A stretch of DNA of 62,984 nucleotides. Origin: Carcharhinus longimanus (lineage: Eukaryota). The position numbers were made by a program, and so were the translations under genes. This document shows, piece by piece, positions 25,026 through 37,144 of the stretch (the stretch's first letter is position 1; each line of letters begins with the position of its first letter). The notes beneath the pieces are model-generated. The model saw only the letters and a program-made list of their open reading frames with translations. It was not told the origin of the DNA and ran no database searches. The stretch covers positions 60,977,406 through 61,040,389 of the forward strand of contig JASCQW010000061.1 in NCBI GenBank assembly GCA_030264375.1, read 5' to 3'.

Positions 25026-26592
25026 GTGTGCTTTCCCCTATATGATAGCCTTTCCACTAAGCCTCCCTCCCTCCCCTGTCAAGTATAGCCACATCCCAAC
25101 AGTTGTCCCTCTCAACTCCACCTAGATGAAGCACTTCGATCCTAGAGAGCCTCAACAGTCCCCAACCCCACTGCGGCCCCCCCCCCCACCAACTGAGACA
25201 TGAGGTCTTAGTGCAATTGGGTACATTCAATGGACTAGTGTTCTCACCTCATGGGGACCTAGTCAATGCCGTCCCATCATCGCCTTGAAAAGGGGTAAGT
25301 GATGAGAGACTTCACCATAATGCCTTGCATTGGGGTTCACATTTGTGTAATTTCTCTTATGTAGGAATGGATATGATAAGTGGAGTCCAATGCTTGGGGA
25401 CAACATTTCCAAAGGATTAAAAGTAGGTGCCAATCATGTATTGTTGACTTAATTGCCACAACTAACTCATTAAGGAAGGCTCAGGGAGCTGATCAGCCTT
25501 CCTGTTGTGACAAGCGAGACACATCAGATTCATGTAAAGATTGCAATTCGCATGTCAATTTCATCCTTAGAGGGCTTACAAGAACTGCGGATAAAATGAG
25601 CCATCCATCTGGAACAGCCAGCCATCCTGACTCTAATCCCTGACAGTCAAACCTCCACAACCAGTGGTCTTAAACATCCATACAGTCACCCCCTCTGGCC
25701 TGACAGTGCTGCCTGAATGTGGGGTTCATTCTCACTGTAGATGCCCTCCCCTCCAGTGAAAGGGTCTTCAGTGCTTATGAGGCAGGGAACCACCCCTTGT
25801 TAGAGTCCCCCACGCTGACCAGCCCGGCATCTCTTGGAGTCCCACCCAAGAATCTCACAGTCATCCAAGTGCTGACCCTATGAATTCACCTGCTCTCATC
25901 TACTTCCCAGCTGCCACTCAGTAAGGGCAATCCCTCAGTGGTAATATTACCCAAGCCCAGAAAACGGCACACGGGAAGCGATGCCTGCACACACAAGCTG
26001 CCACAGCCCTTTAAATCTCGAATAATCCAGGCATGAAGAGAAGTTAAAGCCTGCAAATGATCTCACCTCTGAGATGCCAATAGGGAATTTCCCCCAGCTT
26101 CAATTGAACTTATCTGTGCCCCCCCGCCATTCTTGCCATTGCCCCCTCTACAAATGCATCCTGAGGGTATTGGCAACCTAAGCACTCAGCTTTGATATCC
26201 CCTTCAGAGGCGAGGTCACCAGATTCTCGTTTTTATCAAGCTATTGGAAAGGTGGGCACCCAAATAATATTCAATGGGGTGGGGTGGGTGGAGGGCAGGG
26301 AATGTTCCAGAGTGAGTGTTCATGTATAATGTGGTAATATGTTAAAATGAGGTTCCTGGCTTTCTGCAATGTATTTCTTATTATGCCACCAGCAAGGGGC
26401 CTGGAATAATGTAAATCACAATTTTGTCAGCGAGAATTGCATTTTTCAAATTTTGCGTCCATGGTAGCATTCCCAGTGACTGCTAAAGAAAACTCAAAAT
26501 CAACTCTTATTAATCACATGGTTAAAGTCCAATGACAGTCACTTTGTTAGATGGCAATTATATTGTAATGCATATTGGTCCGCCTATAAATA

Positions 26593-26700
26593 GGGGGTGG
26601 TGTTGTGGTATTGTCTAGTAATCCAGAGCAATGCTCTGGGAATCTGGGCTTGAAACCCACCATGATAGATGGTGAAACTTGAATTCAATAAAAAGTCCAG
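26593..26700 (+). mobile_element. Head of a tRNA-derived SINE (35128-35517 family)
   Basis: ctagtaatccagagcaatgctctggg..cccaccatgatagatggtgaaacttgaattcaataaaa. Confidence 0.7.
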
Positions 26701-26985
26701 AGCGCTGAGGGAAGAGGAACTGGGAGTCTGTCTTGGAAATAAATCTGTTTTAAGAAGTAGGCTAGCTTCATGTTCATTCTTCCTCAACATGCAATTGTTG
26801 GAACGAACGCAATGGGTCTCAGTGTCAAAAATCCATAACCAGAAAGTTGAATTTCAGGATCCAATTATGTGTTTTTTGTAAATTTATGATTTTGATGGCT
26901 TTATTTCAGATAAATATTTATTCTGTTAAAGGGGAAAGTTTCCTTTGGGGGAAGAGTCTCTATATTGGCATGTAAACTTCTCTTC

Positions 26986-27062
26986 AGTTCTGAAGAAGTG
27001 TCATATTGGACTCAATAACTTCTTTTTGTCTCCACAGATGTTTCTTGACCTGCTGAGTTTTT
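26986..27062 (+). mobile_element. Penelope-like terminal-repeat fragment with partial hammerhead core
   Basis: agtt CTGAAGA agtgtc atattg gactc with GAAA deleted, followed by tctccacagatg..gacctgctgagt. Confidence 0.55.
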
Positions 27063-27439
27063 CTATAATGGAAACTGATAGGCTAAGGCACTTTTAATCT
27101 GTTGCAGTCAATTATCTGGGGAGCAAATCTGTTAATGGTGATGTCAGTAGCCTTATCTGCTTAATTCCTCATCAGTACAAAGCTCTTTCTAGAAGACCTC
27201 ATTCAGTGTGGGTCTCTGTTAGAAATGGAAAGGGTAGAGTTGTCAGGTCTCAAACAGGGTTGATGAGCCTGAGAAAGTTAATCATGATGCCAAGGGGACT
27301 TAGTCATATGAGGCCCATTCAAGGGCAATAACTGATTTACCTTATTTTAAAATAGTTGGACACCCAGATAAAAAGATTCAGAGTATTCAGTGACACCAAA
27401 ATCCAATGTGGTTAAAAAAATAAAATAGTTGTGTTTCTC

Positions 27440-27542
27440 TTAAATCGGCCTCGCAGGTGGAGGAGGTGGTCAAGAAGACGTATGGTGTACTGGCCTTCAT
27501 TAATCGAGGGATTGAGTTTAGGAGTCGGGAGGTAATGCTGCA
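27440..27542 (+). mobile_element. Young CR1 ORF2 fragment running into a gap
   Basis: EEVVKKTYGVLAFINRGIEFRSREVML. Confidence 0.85.
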
Positions 27543-27642
27543 NNNNNNNNNNNNNNNNNNNNNNNNNNNNNNNNNNNNNNNNNNNNNNNNNNNNNNNNNN
27601 NNNNNNNNNNNNNNNNNNNNNNNNNNNNNNNNNNNNNNNNNN

Positions 27643-28235
27643 GCCCATAGACTTTTGTATCTCTTTCTTGATGGAGGAAGGTGGAAGGGAATATGTCTGG
27701 AGTGCGTGGAGTCCTTGATTATGCTGGCTTATTTTCCAAGGCAGTGGGAAGTATAACAGAGTCATTGGTCGGGAGGCTGGTTTGCATGACGGACTGGACT
27801 TTGTTCAGAATCTTTTGTAGTTTCCTGCAGTCTCCTGCAATCTTTGGTCGAGCAAGAGTCATACCAAGCTATGATACAACCAAAAAGAATGCTTTCTATG
27901 GTGCATCTATAAAGGTTCGTGAGAGTTATAGTGGGCATGTTAATTCATTTAGCCTCCTGAGAAAGCAGAGGCATTGGTGGGCTTTTTTAACTATAGTGTT
28001 GGAGGGACCAGGACAAGTAAATGGTTATCTAGACACCTAAAAACTTGAAGTTCTCAACTATTTCCACTTTGTCTCCATTGATGTAAACACTACGCTTCCT
28101 GAAGTCAATGCTATCTGCTTCATTTTATTTACATTGAGGGAGAGAGTATTGTCGCCACCCTAGTTCACCAGATTCTCTATCTCATTCCTGTACTCTGTCT
28201 CATCCAACACACTATGGTGGTGTCATCAGCAAACA
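27643..28235 (-). mobile_element. Rex1/Babar-type LINE fragment
   Basis: Homologous to 21030-21069 and 22124-22395 (agacttttgtat..ggcagtgggaagt..gggaggctggtttgc..agcctcctgagaaag). Minus strand encodes FADDTTIV at ~28210-28233. Confidence 0.8.
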
Positions 28236-30050
28236 AGGCCAAAATGAGGAGAAAGGGAAGGTAGAGAAAAAGAGAGAAGGAAACAAACAGAAAAGCAGAA
28301 GAGGGAGAAATGACAGGAAACGGAATTGGAAAATGTGAAGTTAGAAAAGGAAGAANNNNNNNNNNNNNNNNNNNNNNNNNNNNNNNNNNNNNNNNNNNNN
28401 NNNNNNNNNNNNNNNNNNNNNNNNNNNNNNNNNNNNNNNNNNNNNNNNNNNNNNNGTAGGTTTTGTCTGTATAATATAAAAGAAATAATACTTTTCACGG
28501 TAAACTAACACGTGATAATAATAAATCAAATCTTATTGAATGGCGGGGTAGGCTCGAAGGGCCAGATGGCCTACTCCTGCTCCTATTTCTTATGTTCTTA
28601 TGTTCTTAGAATTCCAGCTTAAAAAGCTAGCAGTTGAAGGAGCGACACCAGAAGGAGAGGAAGGATTTACTTCCAGATCAGAATCCAGGGAGGGAGAGAT
28701 GTTTAAGTTTATACAAACACCTGCAAAGTTTGATGAAAGATATGTGGAAGCATTCTTTATCTAATTGGAGAAGATAGCCAAACAGATAGAATAGCCAAAA
28801 GAAAGATAGACATTGTTATTACAAAGAAGGTTGGCAGGCAGAGCTAATGGGGTGTATGCATCACTGTCAGAAGAAATGTCTGAGGGATATGAGGCAGTGA
28901 AGAAGGCTATTTTGAGTTTATAAGGTGTTGGGTCCAGAAACATATAGGCAGAACTTTCAAAGTGTAAGTAAACAAACTTGGTAGACTTATACTGAATGTG
29001 AACGAGTCAACAAAGCAAATTTGACAAGTGGTTGAGGGCATTAAAAATATAATCCATGAAGCACTAAGAAAAGTAATTCTTTTGGAACAATTTAAAGACT
29101 CACTTCCTTCAGTAGTAAGAACTGATGAGGAGGAACAAAGTGTTAAAAATGCCAGACAGGCAGCAGCGCTAGCAGATGATTGAGTTTGTCCATAGATCAA
29201 AACCTTTATTTCAACACACTTTTAAATCTGAAGACGATGGAAACTAGGAAGGTGAAAAGAAGGCAAGTAGTTATGGAAGAGAAGGGCAGCTAGAGACTCT
29301 AAAGACATTAGGAAGGAAGATGTTGAGAGTGGAAGGGATGTTTTAAAAAAAAAGCTTAAGTGTTTTCATTGTAATAAGATTGGACACACAAAGTAAATGT
29401 GCTTGGAGTTACATGGGAAATCTTTTGGAGCAGTAAAACTTAAGAAAGATGCTGTAAGTTCAGAAATTTTAGGACATGACAAACCAATAGATTTTGTTCA
29501 AGTCAAAAAGAGAACCCAGGTGGAAAAATGTGTTCACAGACTACTCAAAGGAATGATGAAAAGCAGGTGGCAGAAATATTTAAATGCTTCATCGATGAGG
29601 GCAAAACCTTTTCATGAATATAAGATGGAAAATACAATGTTAAGGGATAGAGGGGCTAATCAATATTTAATATTATGGGATAGTGATATTTGTTGTCCTG
29701 ACTAAAATTTTACTGGAAAAAGAATTAGTAAGGGGAATTCATAAGAAACAAAAATACTTAATTGTGTAAGTTAAATTTGGAAAGTAGCTTGAAAACAGGT
29801 GAGGTGACTTTAGGTGGTGCCTATTTCAGGGATTCAGTTTATCCAAGGAAATTAATTAGCTGGTTCACAGATGTGGGTGATGCCTACTGTAGTTGAACAG
29901 CCTGTAGAAATGCAGCCCGCAGAGTTGTTGCAAGTAGAATTTCGTGGTTTGTTGTTGTAACATGATGACAGACTCATAAGTTGAAACAGCAGGAGGAAGA
30001 GTCTAGAAATCTGGGCAAAGAGACTGAAGATTGTTACTAGGCAGATAAAG
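28236..30050 (+). pseudogene. Gmr1-like Gypsy LTR retrotransposon gag-protease remnant
   Basis: Charged coiled-coil, then KFDERYVEAFFI*LEKIA..PKER*TLLLQRRLAGRA..YEAVKKAIL..PETYRQNF and EALRKVILLEQFKDSLP (SCAN-like capsid). Zinc knuckle CFHCNKIGHTK*MC at 29361-29402. Protease LRDRGANQ at 29640-29663 (DTGA-like). Many stops; no RT or integrase seen. Confidence 0.85.
28533..28608 (+). mobile_element. Young CR1 3' tail inside gag
   Basis: Near-identical to the tails at 7856-7927, 37329-37400 and 61294-61364. Confidence 0.85.
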
Positions 30051-30305
30051 GGAAAGGTTAGCTCTGGGAGTTGTTTAAATTCAGATCTTTTGAAACTATT
30101 TAAAGTGTTGCTCACTGCATGAATCCATTCTTGTGTTTAAATGTAATTTTATTTATTTTAAAAATAAATGTTTACTTGAATTTAAAAACTCACAATTAGT
30201 CAGATACATAATTATCTGATTTCATAATCACTCCTCATAATACACCAATTACAGAAACTGTTTTGGCAATTGTTCCAAGTTTCCCCTTTTGGGATTTGTG
30301 CAGTT
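30051..30305 (+). repeat. Putative LTR segment of the Gypsy element
   Basis: Diverged reverse-complement match to 31680-31925 (ttagctctg, attcttgtgtttaaatgtaattt, ctgatttca). It directly follows the protease region. Confidence 0.65.
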
Positions 30306-30397
30306 TGGCTTTTGCTATCAGATGTGCAATAACAAAGAAGAATACTAGAATGGTTGAGTTAACAATTTTAATAGTTAAACACTCAATGAAAGATAGT

Positions 30398-30523
30398 GGG
30401 TGGGATTTTATAGCCTCATTCACCCCAAAACCGTAAAATCCTGCTCGACATCAATGGACCTTTCCATGATCTGTCCCTTGTCCACTCTGATTCCTGCGGC
30501 GGGCAAGATGGTAAAATTCTGGC
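30398..30523. mobile_element. ~125-bp Harbinger-type MITE
   Basis: Termini gggtgggatttta and taaaattctggcc. Same family as 44135-44259. Confidence 0.7.
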
Positions 30524-30636
30524 CAATAAGTTTAGAAGTAATTTGAAACAAACCTTTCTGACTGCCAGGAAGTTTATTGTGGAGATTGATTTCAATATAT
30601 TTTCAGTATGTTTCCTTGGTCCCTTTTACCTCTGGA

Positions 30637-30713
30637 ACAAACATAGAACATAGAACACTACAGCACAAACAGGCCCTTCGGCCCACGAGTTGCGCCGAAC
30701 ACATCAACACCTA
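30637..30713 (-). mobile_element. CR1 3' tail next to a gap
   Basis: aacatagaacatagaacactacagcacaaacaggcccttcggccc. Confidence 0.85.
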
Positions 30714-30813
30714 NNNNNNNNNNNNNNNNNNNNNNNNNNNNNNNNNNNNNNNNNNNNNNNNNNNNNNNNNNNNNNNNNNNNNNNNNNNNNNNNNNNNNNN
30801 NNNNNNNNNNNNN

Positions 30814-31040
30814 ATGTATCAACCGACTCAAGAACAGTTTCTTCCCTGCTTCCATCAGACTTCTGAATGGATCTACCTCCTATTAAGTTGATCTTTCTCA
30901 ATGCCCTGGCTTTGACTGTAATACTACATTCCGCACTCTCTTATTTCCTTCTCTATGAATGGTAGGTTTTGTCTGTATAATATAAAAGAAATAATACTTT
31001 TCACGGTAAACTAACACGTGATAATAATAAATCAAATCAA
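30814..31040 (+). mobile_element. Rex1/Babar-type LINE 3' end
   Basis: Reverse complement of 20777-21020. Ends aataaatcaaatcaa. Confidence 0.8.
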
Positions 31041-31480
31041 TTCCATTTTTTGCCTTTCCTTAACACTTTCAATACCTAGTTGTTTCAGTGTTACTTAACT
31101 TGAGCCCCTTCCAATGACTCAATCCTTAGACAATTCGGTCCTTTGGATATTCCTTTCGATCTCAAGTACTGTGCTACATCTTTAATTACTTCTGATTTCC
31201 ATACCTCTGCAGGTTATGTTAATAGTAACTTAACCACCAATTCTATTAATTCAGCTTTAGTTATCTTTTGTTAGCCACCCAAGACTACATCTTCTATCCC
31301 CAGACAAACCTTTCAATTGTCAAAGCCATTTTGCAGTCTCTGGCTTTAAACTTTCACTAGACCACTCCTGGTTCATTATTCTCCACCCCATATGGCCTTT
31401 AATTTCATCAGTTCCAAACTAATCAAGGAATTATTCATTTAAATTCCTGCAATGAGCCTGTAACTTTTTCATGGCATGAC
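31041..31480 (-). pseudogene. Gypsy gag N-terminus and leader
   Basis: Minus-strand ATG at ~31329 (MALTI..). Inverted match to 31486-31665. A degenerate tRNA-Pro-like PBS may lie at ~31444-31458 (weak). Confidence 0.55.
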
Positions 31481-31485
31481 TAATG

Positions 31486-31665
31486 CTAGTGGAAGTTTAA
31501 AGCCCGAGCTGCAAAATGGCTTTGACAATTGCTAAGGGTGTCTGGGGGCAACAGAAGGTAACTAATGCTAAATTTATAGAATTGATGGTTAAGTTACAAT
31601 TAGCCTAACCTGCATGGGTAAGGAAACCAGAAGTAATTAAAAGTGTGGCATAGTATTTGAGATTG
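31486..31665 (+). repeat. Inverted second copy of the gag start
   Basis: ATG at 31516 (MALTIAKGVWG). Reverse complement of 31157-31360. Confidence 0.8.
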
Positions 31666-31679
31666 AGTTTATATACTGA

Positions 31680-31925
31680 ACTGCCCAAAACCTAAAGGAA
31701 GACTAATAACAGATGCCAAAGCTGTTTTTGCAATTTGTATACAATGAGATGTTCTGAAATCAGGAAATGATATATCCAACCAACTATAATTGTTTTTATA
31801 TTAAAGTAATTTTTTTAAAGAAATTACATTTAAACACAAGAATAGTTTTACACAGTGAATAGTACTTCGAACAGTTCCAAAAAAAAATCATAACTGAAAC
31901 TACCCTCAGAGCTAATCTTCCCTTT
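31680..31925 (-). repeat. Putative 5' LTR segment of the Gypsy element
   Basis: Homologous to 30051-30305 and upstream of the minus-strand gag start. Confidence 0.65.
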
Positions 31926-34439
31926 TCTGTTCAGCAGTGAATTTTACTACACTGTATTCTTTGCATTTTGGGGTGTCCTCTGGGCCTGACAGCAACTGGT
32001 TCTCTGGGTCTGGCCTTGTTTACATTGTTGTTTGGGAGAACCAATGTCTTCTGGAAGTCTAAACAGCTACCCTCACCTTCCCACCCTCAGCTCCTCCTCA
32101 CTTATGCTTCAGTCTTTCCTTAAATAATTTCTTTCCCTTTGATCTATTTATTGTCTCAATCAATCTTTGCAGAAGTGCTTTTATAATTGATCAAGCTGCT
32201 TTCTTTACTTTAGCTCTTCGGGTTTTTTAAAATAAACTTACCCTATATTTGCCTTACTTATTTGCACTTTGTTACAGTTTGTATATATCCCCTTGAATAG
32301 AACAACCCACTTCAAAAGTGCTCCTGGTGTTGGCTCATGTAAAATTATATTGAAGTTCCTCTTGGTTCATTAAGATATCAAAGCCACATCTTACTGTTGT
32401 TTTAGGCTCTTGCAGTCACCCATCTCCTCTGTGATCACTGCCTTCATTCACTGCTGGTTTCCACTGCTTTGAATTTAATATTCCCACTCTTGCATTAAAA
32501 AGCCTTAATGGCTGCACCAGCCCTTTTGCAATTTTCTTCTCCAGCCTTAAAAGCTCCTTTGCCCCAGGTGAATGCTCCTTTTCTTTGATTCCAACTCTGG
32601 TGCATTCCTCCTCCCTCCTCTCCCCAACCTGCTCCTGCATACTGTTCCTAACTTCTTTTCACCAAGCTTTTCATTTGCTTGCTGCCTTATTTCTCAGTAT
32701 GAATAGATCAGACGACAGATGAAAGTTTTTTTAAAAATCCATCTGTTGTTTGAGGCACACGCCGCTCAATACTGAGCTGCTGGATTTAGCACCCATCCCC
32801 TTCACTCCACACAAAGGGCTTAATGTTCAATCACTCATGGGGATGAGTACTTTGAAAAAAAATGTTCCTGCAGATGTGTTAATGTCCTGATGGCCTTGAG
32901 ACACGTTTCAATATTCAAAGCAAGGTATAGCACAGGGGAGGAGCCAGGAACATACTGGCTACCAATTGCTAAGCTGCTCAAGGAGCTTGTTAATAGGTTG
33001 AGGAGGATCAAAAGATGATTTTCAAATTGAAGATCATCAAACCTAAACAGTTGGGTACATGTTAATTGACAGCTGTCAAGTGCAATACAGTGAGCTACGA
33101 ATGTTTAGTTTTGAGGGAAACAGTTTAGCAATAGGGTTTTGTATCAGCTCAGGAGCAGTATCTTTTTGTTGGCTGTTTGATCACTTCTCTGCACCATGAA
33201 GGTGCTGGACTGCTGATGTCCAGGCAGTGGCTGTACTGTACCTTCAAGGGTTGTGATCAGCTGTCAGCTCCTGTGTTCCAGCAATGTTCAGTGCTGCTAT
33301 CTGGATACCAAGCTCACTGCTGGATCAATTAAGGCATCTCCATGTGAACATATGTGATGTAAGGACACATGGCGAGGGGTCTGGATCCAGAAATTACCTG
33401 GGTTTCAGGTTCCCAACCCCAGATTAAAAATTCTGAGAAAAGATCTACGGTGTGGGCAGAGAAGTCCTGACCAAAGAAGTGGGCTCAGATGCTCAGGAAA
33501 CTGGACTCCCATTTTATCAAATTAAATTGGAGCGTGTTCATAACTAGAAAGCTGAATAATTATTCTGATAGAATGCAAAGAGTGCGTGTCAAACGTGATA
33601 TCTGCTCAGTCACCTACCTCCTTTGTGGAAGTCAAACATATTCCTCAGAATATTATCACCAACAAATAACAAACAAGTAAGGGGGAGCATGCAGGGGTAG
33701 TAGGTAAGCATTGATCCCAGAGGACAGCACTGAGCTGAGGGAAGAAGCTGCTATTGCTGAGGATGTGCAGTCTGCTTTAGAATAGATTGAAGGTAACTTG
33801 ATCAGGGACTGTGGAACTCTACAATAAAACAAAATAAAGCATTACCTTCTGGCATTTAATTATCTGAAGATGGAAGAAATGCAATGATATAGCAAATTGT
33901 CCTAATTCAGCATCAGCTTGCAAAAGAAACAAGACATCCATGGGGAATATCCACCCTTTCTAGCAAAATTGTAGCTGTTTGTCATTCATTTCCCATGTCC
34001 CTATAGGCAACAAACAATGGAATTCTAACTGATTGCCAAGAGCAAATTGCATTGGAAGATTGGCATTGATATTGTCACATTCTGAATCAGAAACTATGTA
34101 TGGGAAATGTAAATATGGACAAGAAAAACAAGAACAGTCAGCTTGAAATGATCATGACGCATCAACAATAAAAGCTCAGAAAGATATTCTTATGTTGCGT
34201 TCATGAAAGATAAAAATAGACTTTAAATGAATTAATGCCTTCAGTTAAAAAGCAGAGGAAAGAATTTTACAGAAGCGTACAGGATAGTTGGTTGGGAGCG
34301 AGTCATCAGGGATGAAACTTGATAAATGGAGAATCCCAATCGAATCCACTGCACATGGACTTACTTCTGACTTAATTGTGATGGGTTTGGCACAATAAGT
34401 GTAATCTGTCCTGCAGAAATGGGTTAATAATTGAGTGTT

Positions 34440-34657
34440 GATTTGGTTCAGTTGGTTGGACAGCTGGTTTGTGATGTAGGGCAACACCAACAGTGTGGGT
34501 TCTATTCCTGTACTGGCTGGGATTAATCATAAAGGCCTGATCTTTCAATCTTGCCCCTTGCCTGAGGTATGATGACCCTCAGGTTAAAATCACCACCAGT
34601 CAGCTTTACCTTCTCAAAGCCTATGATCATCTGGGACTATGGTGATTTTACTTTTAT
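34440..34657 (+). mobile_element. Short tRNA-derived SINE, distinct from HE1
   Basis: A-box-like ggttcagttgg, B-box-like gggttctattcc, internal hairpin cctgagg..cctcagg, and end gggactatggtgattttactttt. Confidence 0.65.
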
Positions 34658-35127
34658 CTTAGTAATTATAATATTTAAATGAAGCTGTATACCTCAGATT
34701 TTACCATCAATTTCAATTTAAAGGATGGGTGGGCTGAGTTTCTCGAGGCCTCGAGAAATCTGACAGCTGAATAATGGCTGGAGTGCTGGTGTCAGCAGTT
34801 AAATGTTTGTCAGGGCTGCAAGGAGCAAGGGTGTTCCCTACCTACCCCAGCCAGGCAATTTAGCAAATGTGCTGTAATTTCTCTTCTTACCCTGTAAACT
34901 CTCTTGCCTTGCAATCTGTTTTCTTTCTTCAATTTGGTCAGGGGTTAGGTGAGAAAAGCAGGGTAATAAATTTTTAAGAATATCTGGAGCAACCAAAATA
35001 AGGGAAACTTAAACTCCCAGGCTCTGCCTCCCACAGGTTGCCTTAGAAATAAGGAAGAGATGATGCCCCCTCAGGTATGTGGAATAGGCAATGAAAATGA
35101 GAAGAATCCTTTAAAATATTCATTTTA

Positions 35128-35517
35128 AACTTTTTTATTCATTTATAGGACATCGGCATCACTGGCTAGGCCAGCATTTATTGCCCATCCCCTAATTGCT
35201 CTTGAACTGAGTGGTTTGCTAGGCCATTCCAGAGGACATTTAAGAGTCAACCACATTACTGTGCATCCGGAGTTATGTGTAGGACAGACTAGGTAAGGAT
35301 GGCAGATTTCCTTCCCTAAATAACAGTATTGAATTAGATGGGTTTCTATAACAATGAACAATGGTTTCATAGTCATCATTAGACTTTTAATTCCTGTTTC
35401 TATTGAATTCAAATGCCACCATCTGTGGTGGGATTTGAACCCAAATCCCCAGAGCATTACCTTGGATCTCCAGATTTTACTTGTCCAGTGACAATATAAG
35501 TAACACCACCTCCCTGG
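35128..35517 (-). mobile_element. tRNA-derived SINE sharing its 3' tail with the LINE at 146-1688
   Basis: Minus strand: B-box gggttcaaatccc, body tttagggaaggaaatctgccatccttacct, tail gggatgggcaataaatgctggcctagccag..aaatgaataaaaaa. Confidence 0.85.
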
Positions 35518-36589
35518 GCTGTGGGTCATCCATTAAATTTGGCAGGAGTTCTGCATTTCCAGCATTTCTGGGTTTCCCAACCATTTGCAGACATTTCCCC
35601 TTTCTCCCCAAACCCAGACCACCTTTTCCCCCCATAAATATTGGAACCACCTTGTCAGTATCTTATTGTGTCAGTTCAAATCCAAAGATGCATTTATTTC
35701 TTGCTATGAGATTTTTATAACAATTCTGCTCTGAGACTCCCTCAGCAGTGTGTATTCGTGCCTGTAACTGATTGAACAATAATAATGTTTACTTATGCAG
35801 TACAGAGAAACTCTTTAGCAGAGATATCTCCCCAGATGCTGCTCAGAGGCAAAATCTGACAAAGAAAATAATAATCCAACTAACGTCTACCCTTTATGGA
35901 ATTCCAATTGTGTTTTTTTTTCCTGAATAATGTTAAGTCTCTCAATCATGTACACCAAAGCAAAAAGAATGACAAAAACTGACACAGTCTCAAAAAAGCT
36001 GATGGATCAAAAACAACCCTAAATATAGGCCTGATGACATTTGGAAGAAAGGAGTTGGACTGATGTTGCAGCGGGGGATAGGCTTGTCACAATTTAAACT
36101 TCAGGTTTATCTGACATTCCATGCCTTTTAGTGAACCGGAAAAGTGCAGCTTGCAGTGGCAGAGGACTTAGAACTTACAGCAACAAGAGGTGAGTGATGA
36201 AAATGTGTGATTTACTTTCCAGGGGACTCATGGATACACAGTATCTCCAGCTAGAAATTGCTGTCAATGCAAATAGTGGATGAATGCTTTCTATACATGT
36301 ATGACTCTACTCCGTTCACTTTTTAACAGAGATGGTAAGATTTATTTAAAATAATAGATTCATTCCCATTGACAGTAATTTCTAGCTGATATTCTTTAAA
36401 GGTTTATTTTCTTGCACTGGAAATAAAAACTATTGCACACTACAACCAATAATTTTTTAAAAACTATACAAAAGCAGAACTTGTAGAACTGGGATCTGAA
36501 TTTGTGCTTCCATGTAATTGATGACTTCCAATGTGAGGTTTGAAATTTATTACACACATATTGATCACTCATGTCATTCCTTACATATT

Positions 36590-36770
36590 CCCTTTGATGT
36601 TGACAACGCTAAGATGGATGCTGTTGCCTGCAACAAAGGCTCCTTTATTGGGAGTATTAGGTCATCAGTCATATCTCCTTATGTGGTTCCATGTCAAGTT
36701 GTACTTCCTTTGAAACATCTTGGAGCATGTTGGTACATTAAAAGTGATATTTAAATGGAAGTTGATGTCT
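36590..36770 (+). mobile_element. Old L2 3' tail
   Basis: tgaaacatcttggagcatgttggtacattaaaagtgatatttaaatggaagttgatg. Confidence 0.5.
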
Positions 36771-37144
36771 GTGTTGTTTCTAAAAGCTTTCTGTCTCAAC
36801 ATGCAACTTATCTGGTTGACAATAGTGACAATTTCTAATGCCAATAAAATTGCTGACACATGGGTTAAAACATGTAAGCTCATTTTTTTAATGTTGGACT
36901 TGTAAAGATGGAAGGAGTGCGATTCCAAACAGTAAATTAGTATTTCTAAAGGTAACGCAGAATGGATATAGAGGGAATTTGGCCACTCTCTATTAATTCC
37001 TGAAATCAACAAAAAGCTTCAAAGCAAAATCACCTTGCCAGCTTTTAATCTGATATTCATTTTATCTGTGGATTCTGACTGTGGCCATGGAAACTTTGTT
37101 ATAACTATGTCTAAATAGTTAATTATTGACATGGTCAGTTTTCT

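Noticed and set aside
26276-26300. G-run cluster (possible G-quadruplex), also near 21700 and 58760
   Set aside because: Such runs are common in GC-rich TE interiors, and there is no evidence of function.
30051-31925. Large inverted repeat as TIRs or DIRS-type inverted LTRs
   Set aside because: Better explained as direct LTRs once the mis-oriented block 27643-30713 is flipped. No tyrosine recombinase was seen.
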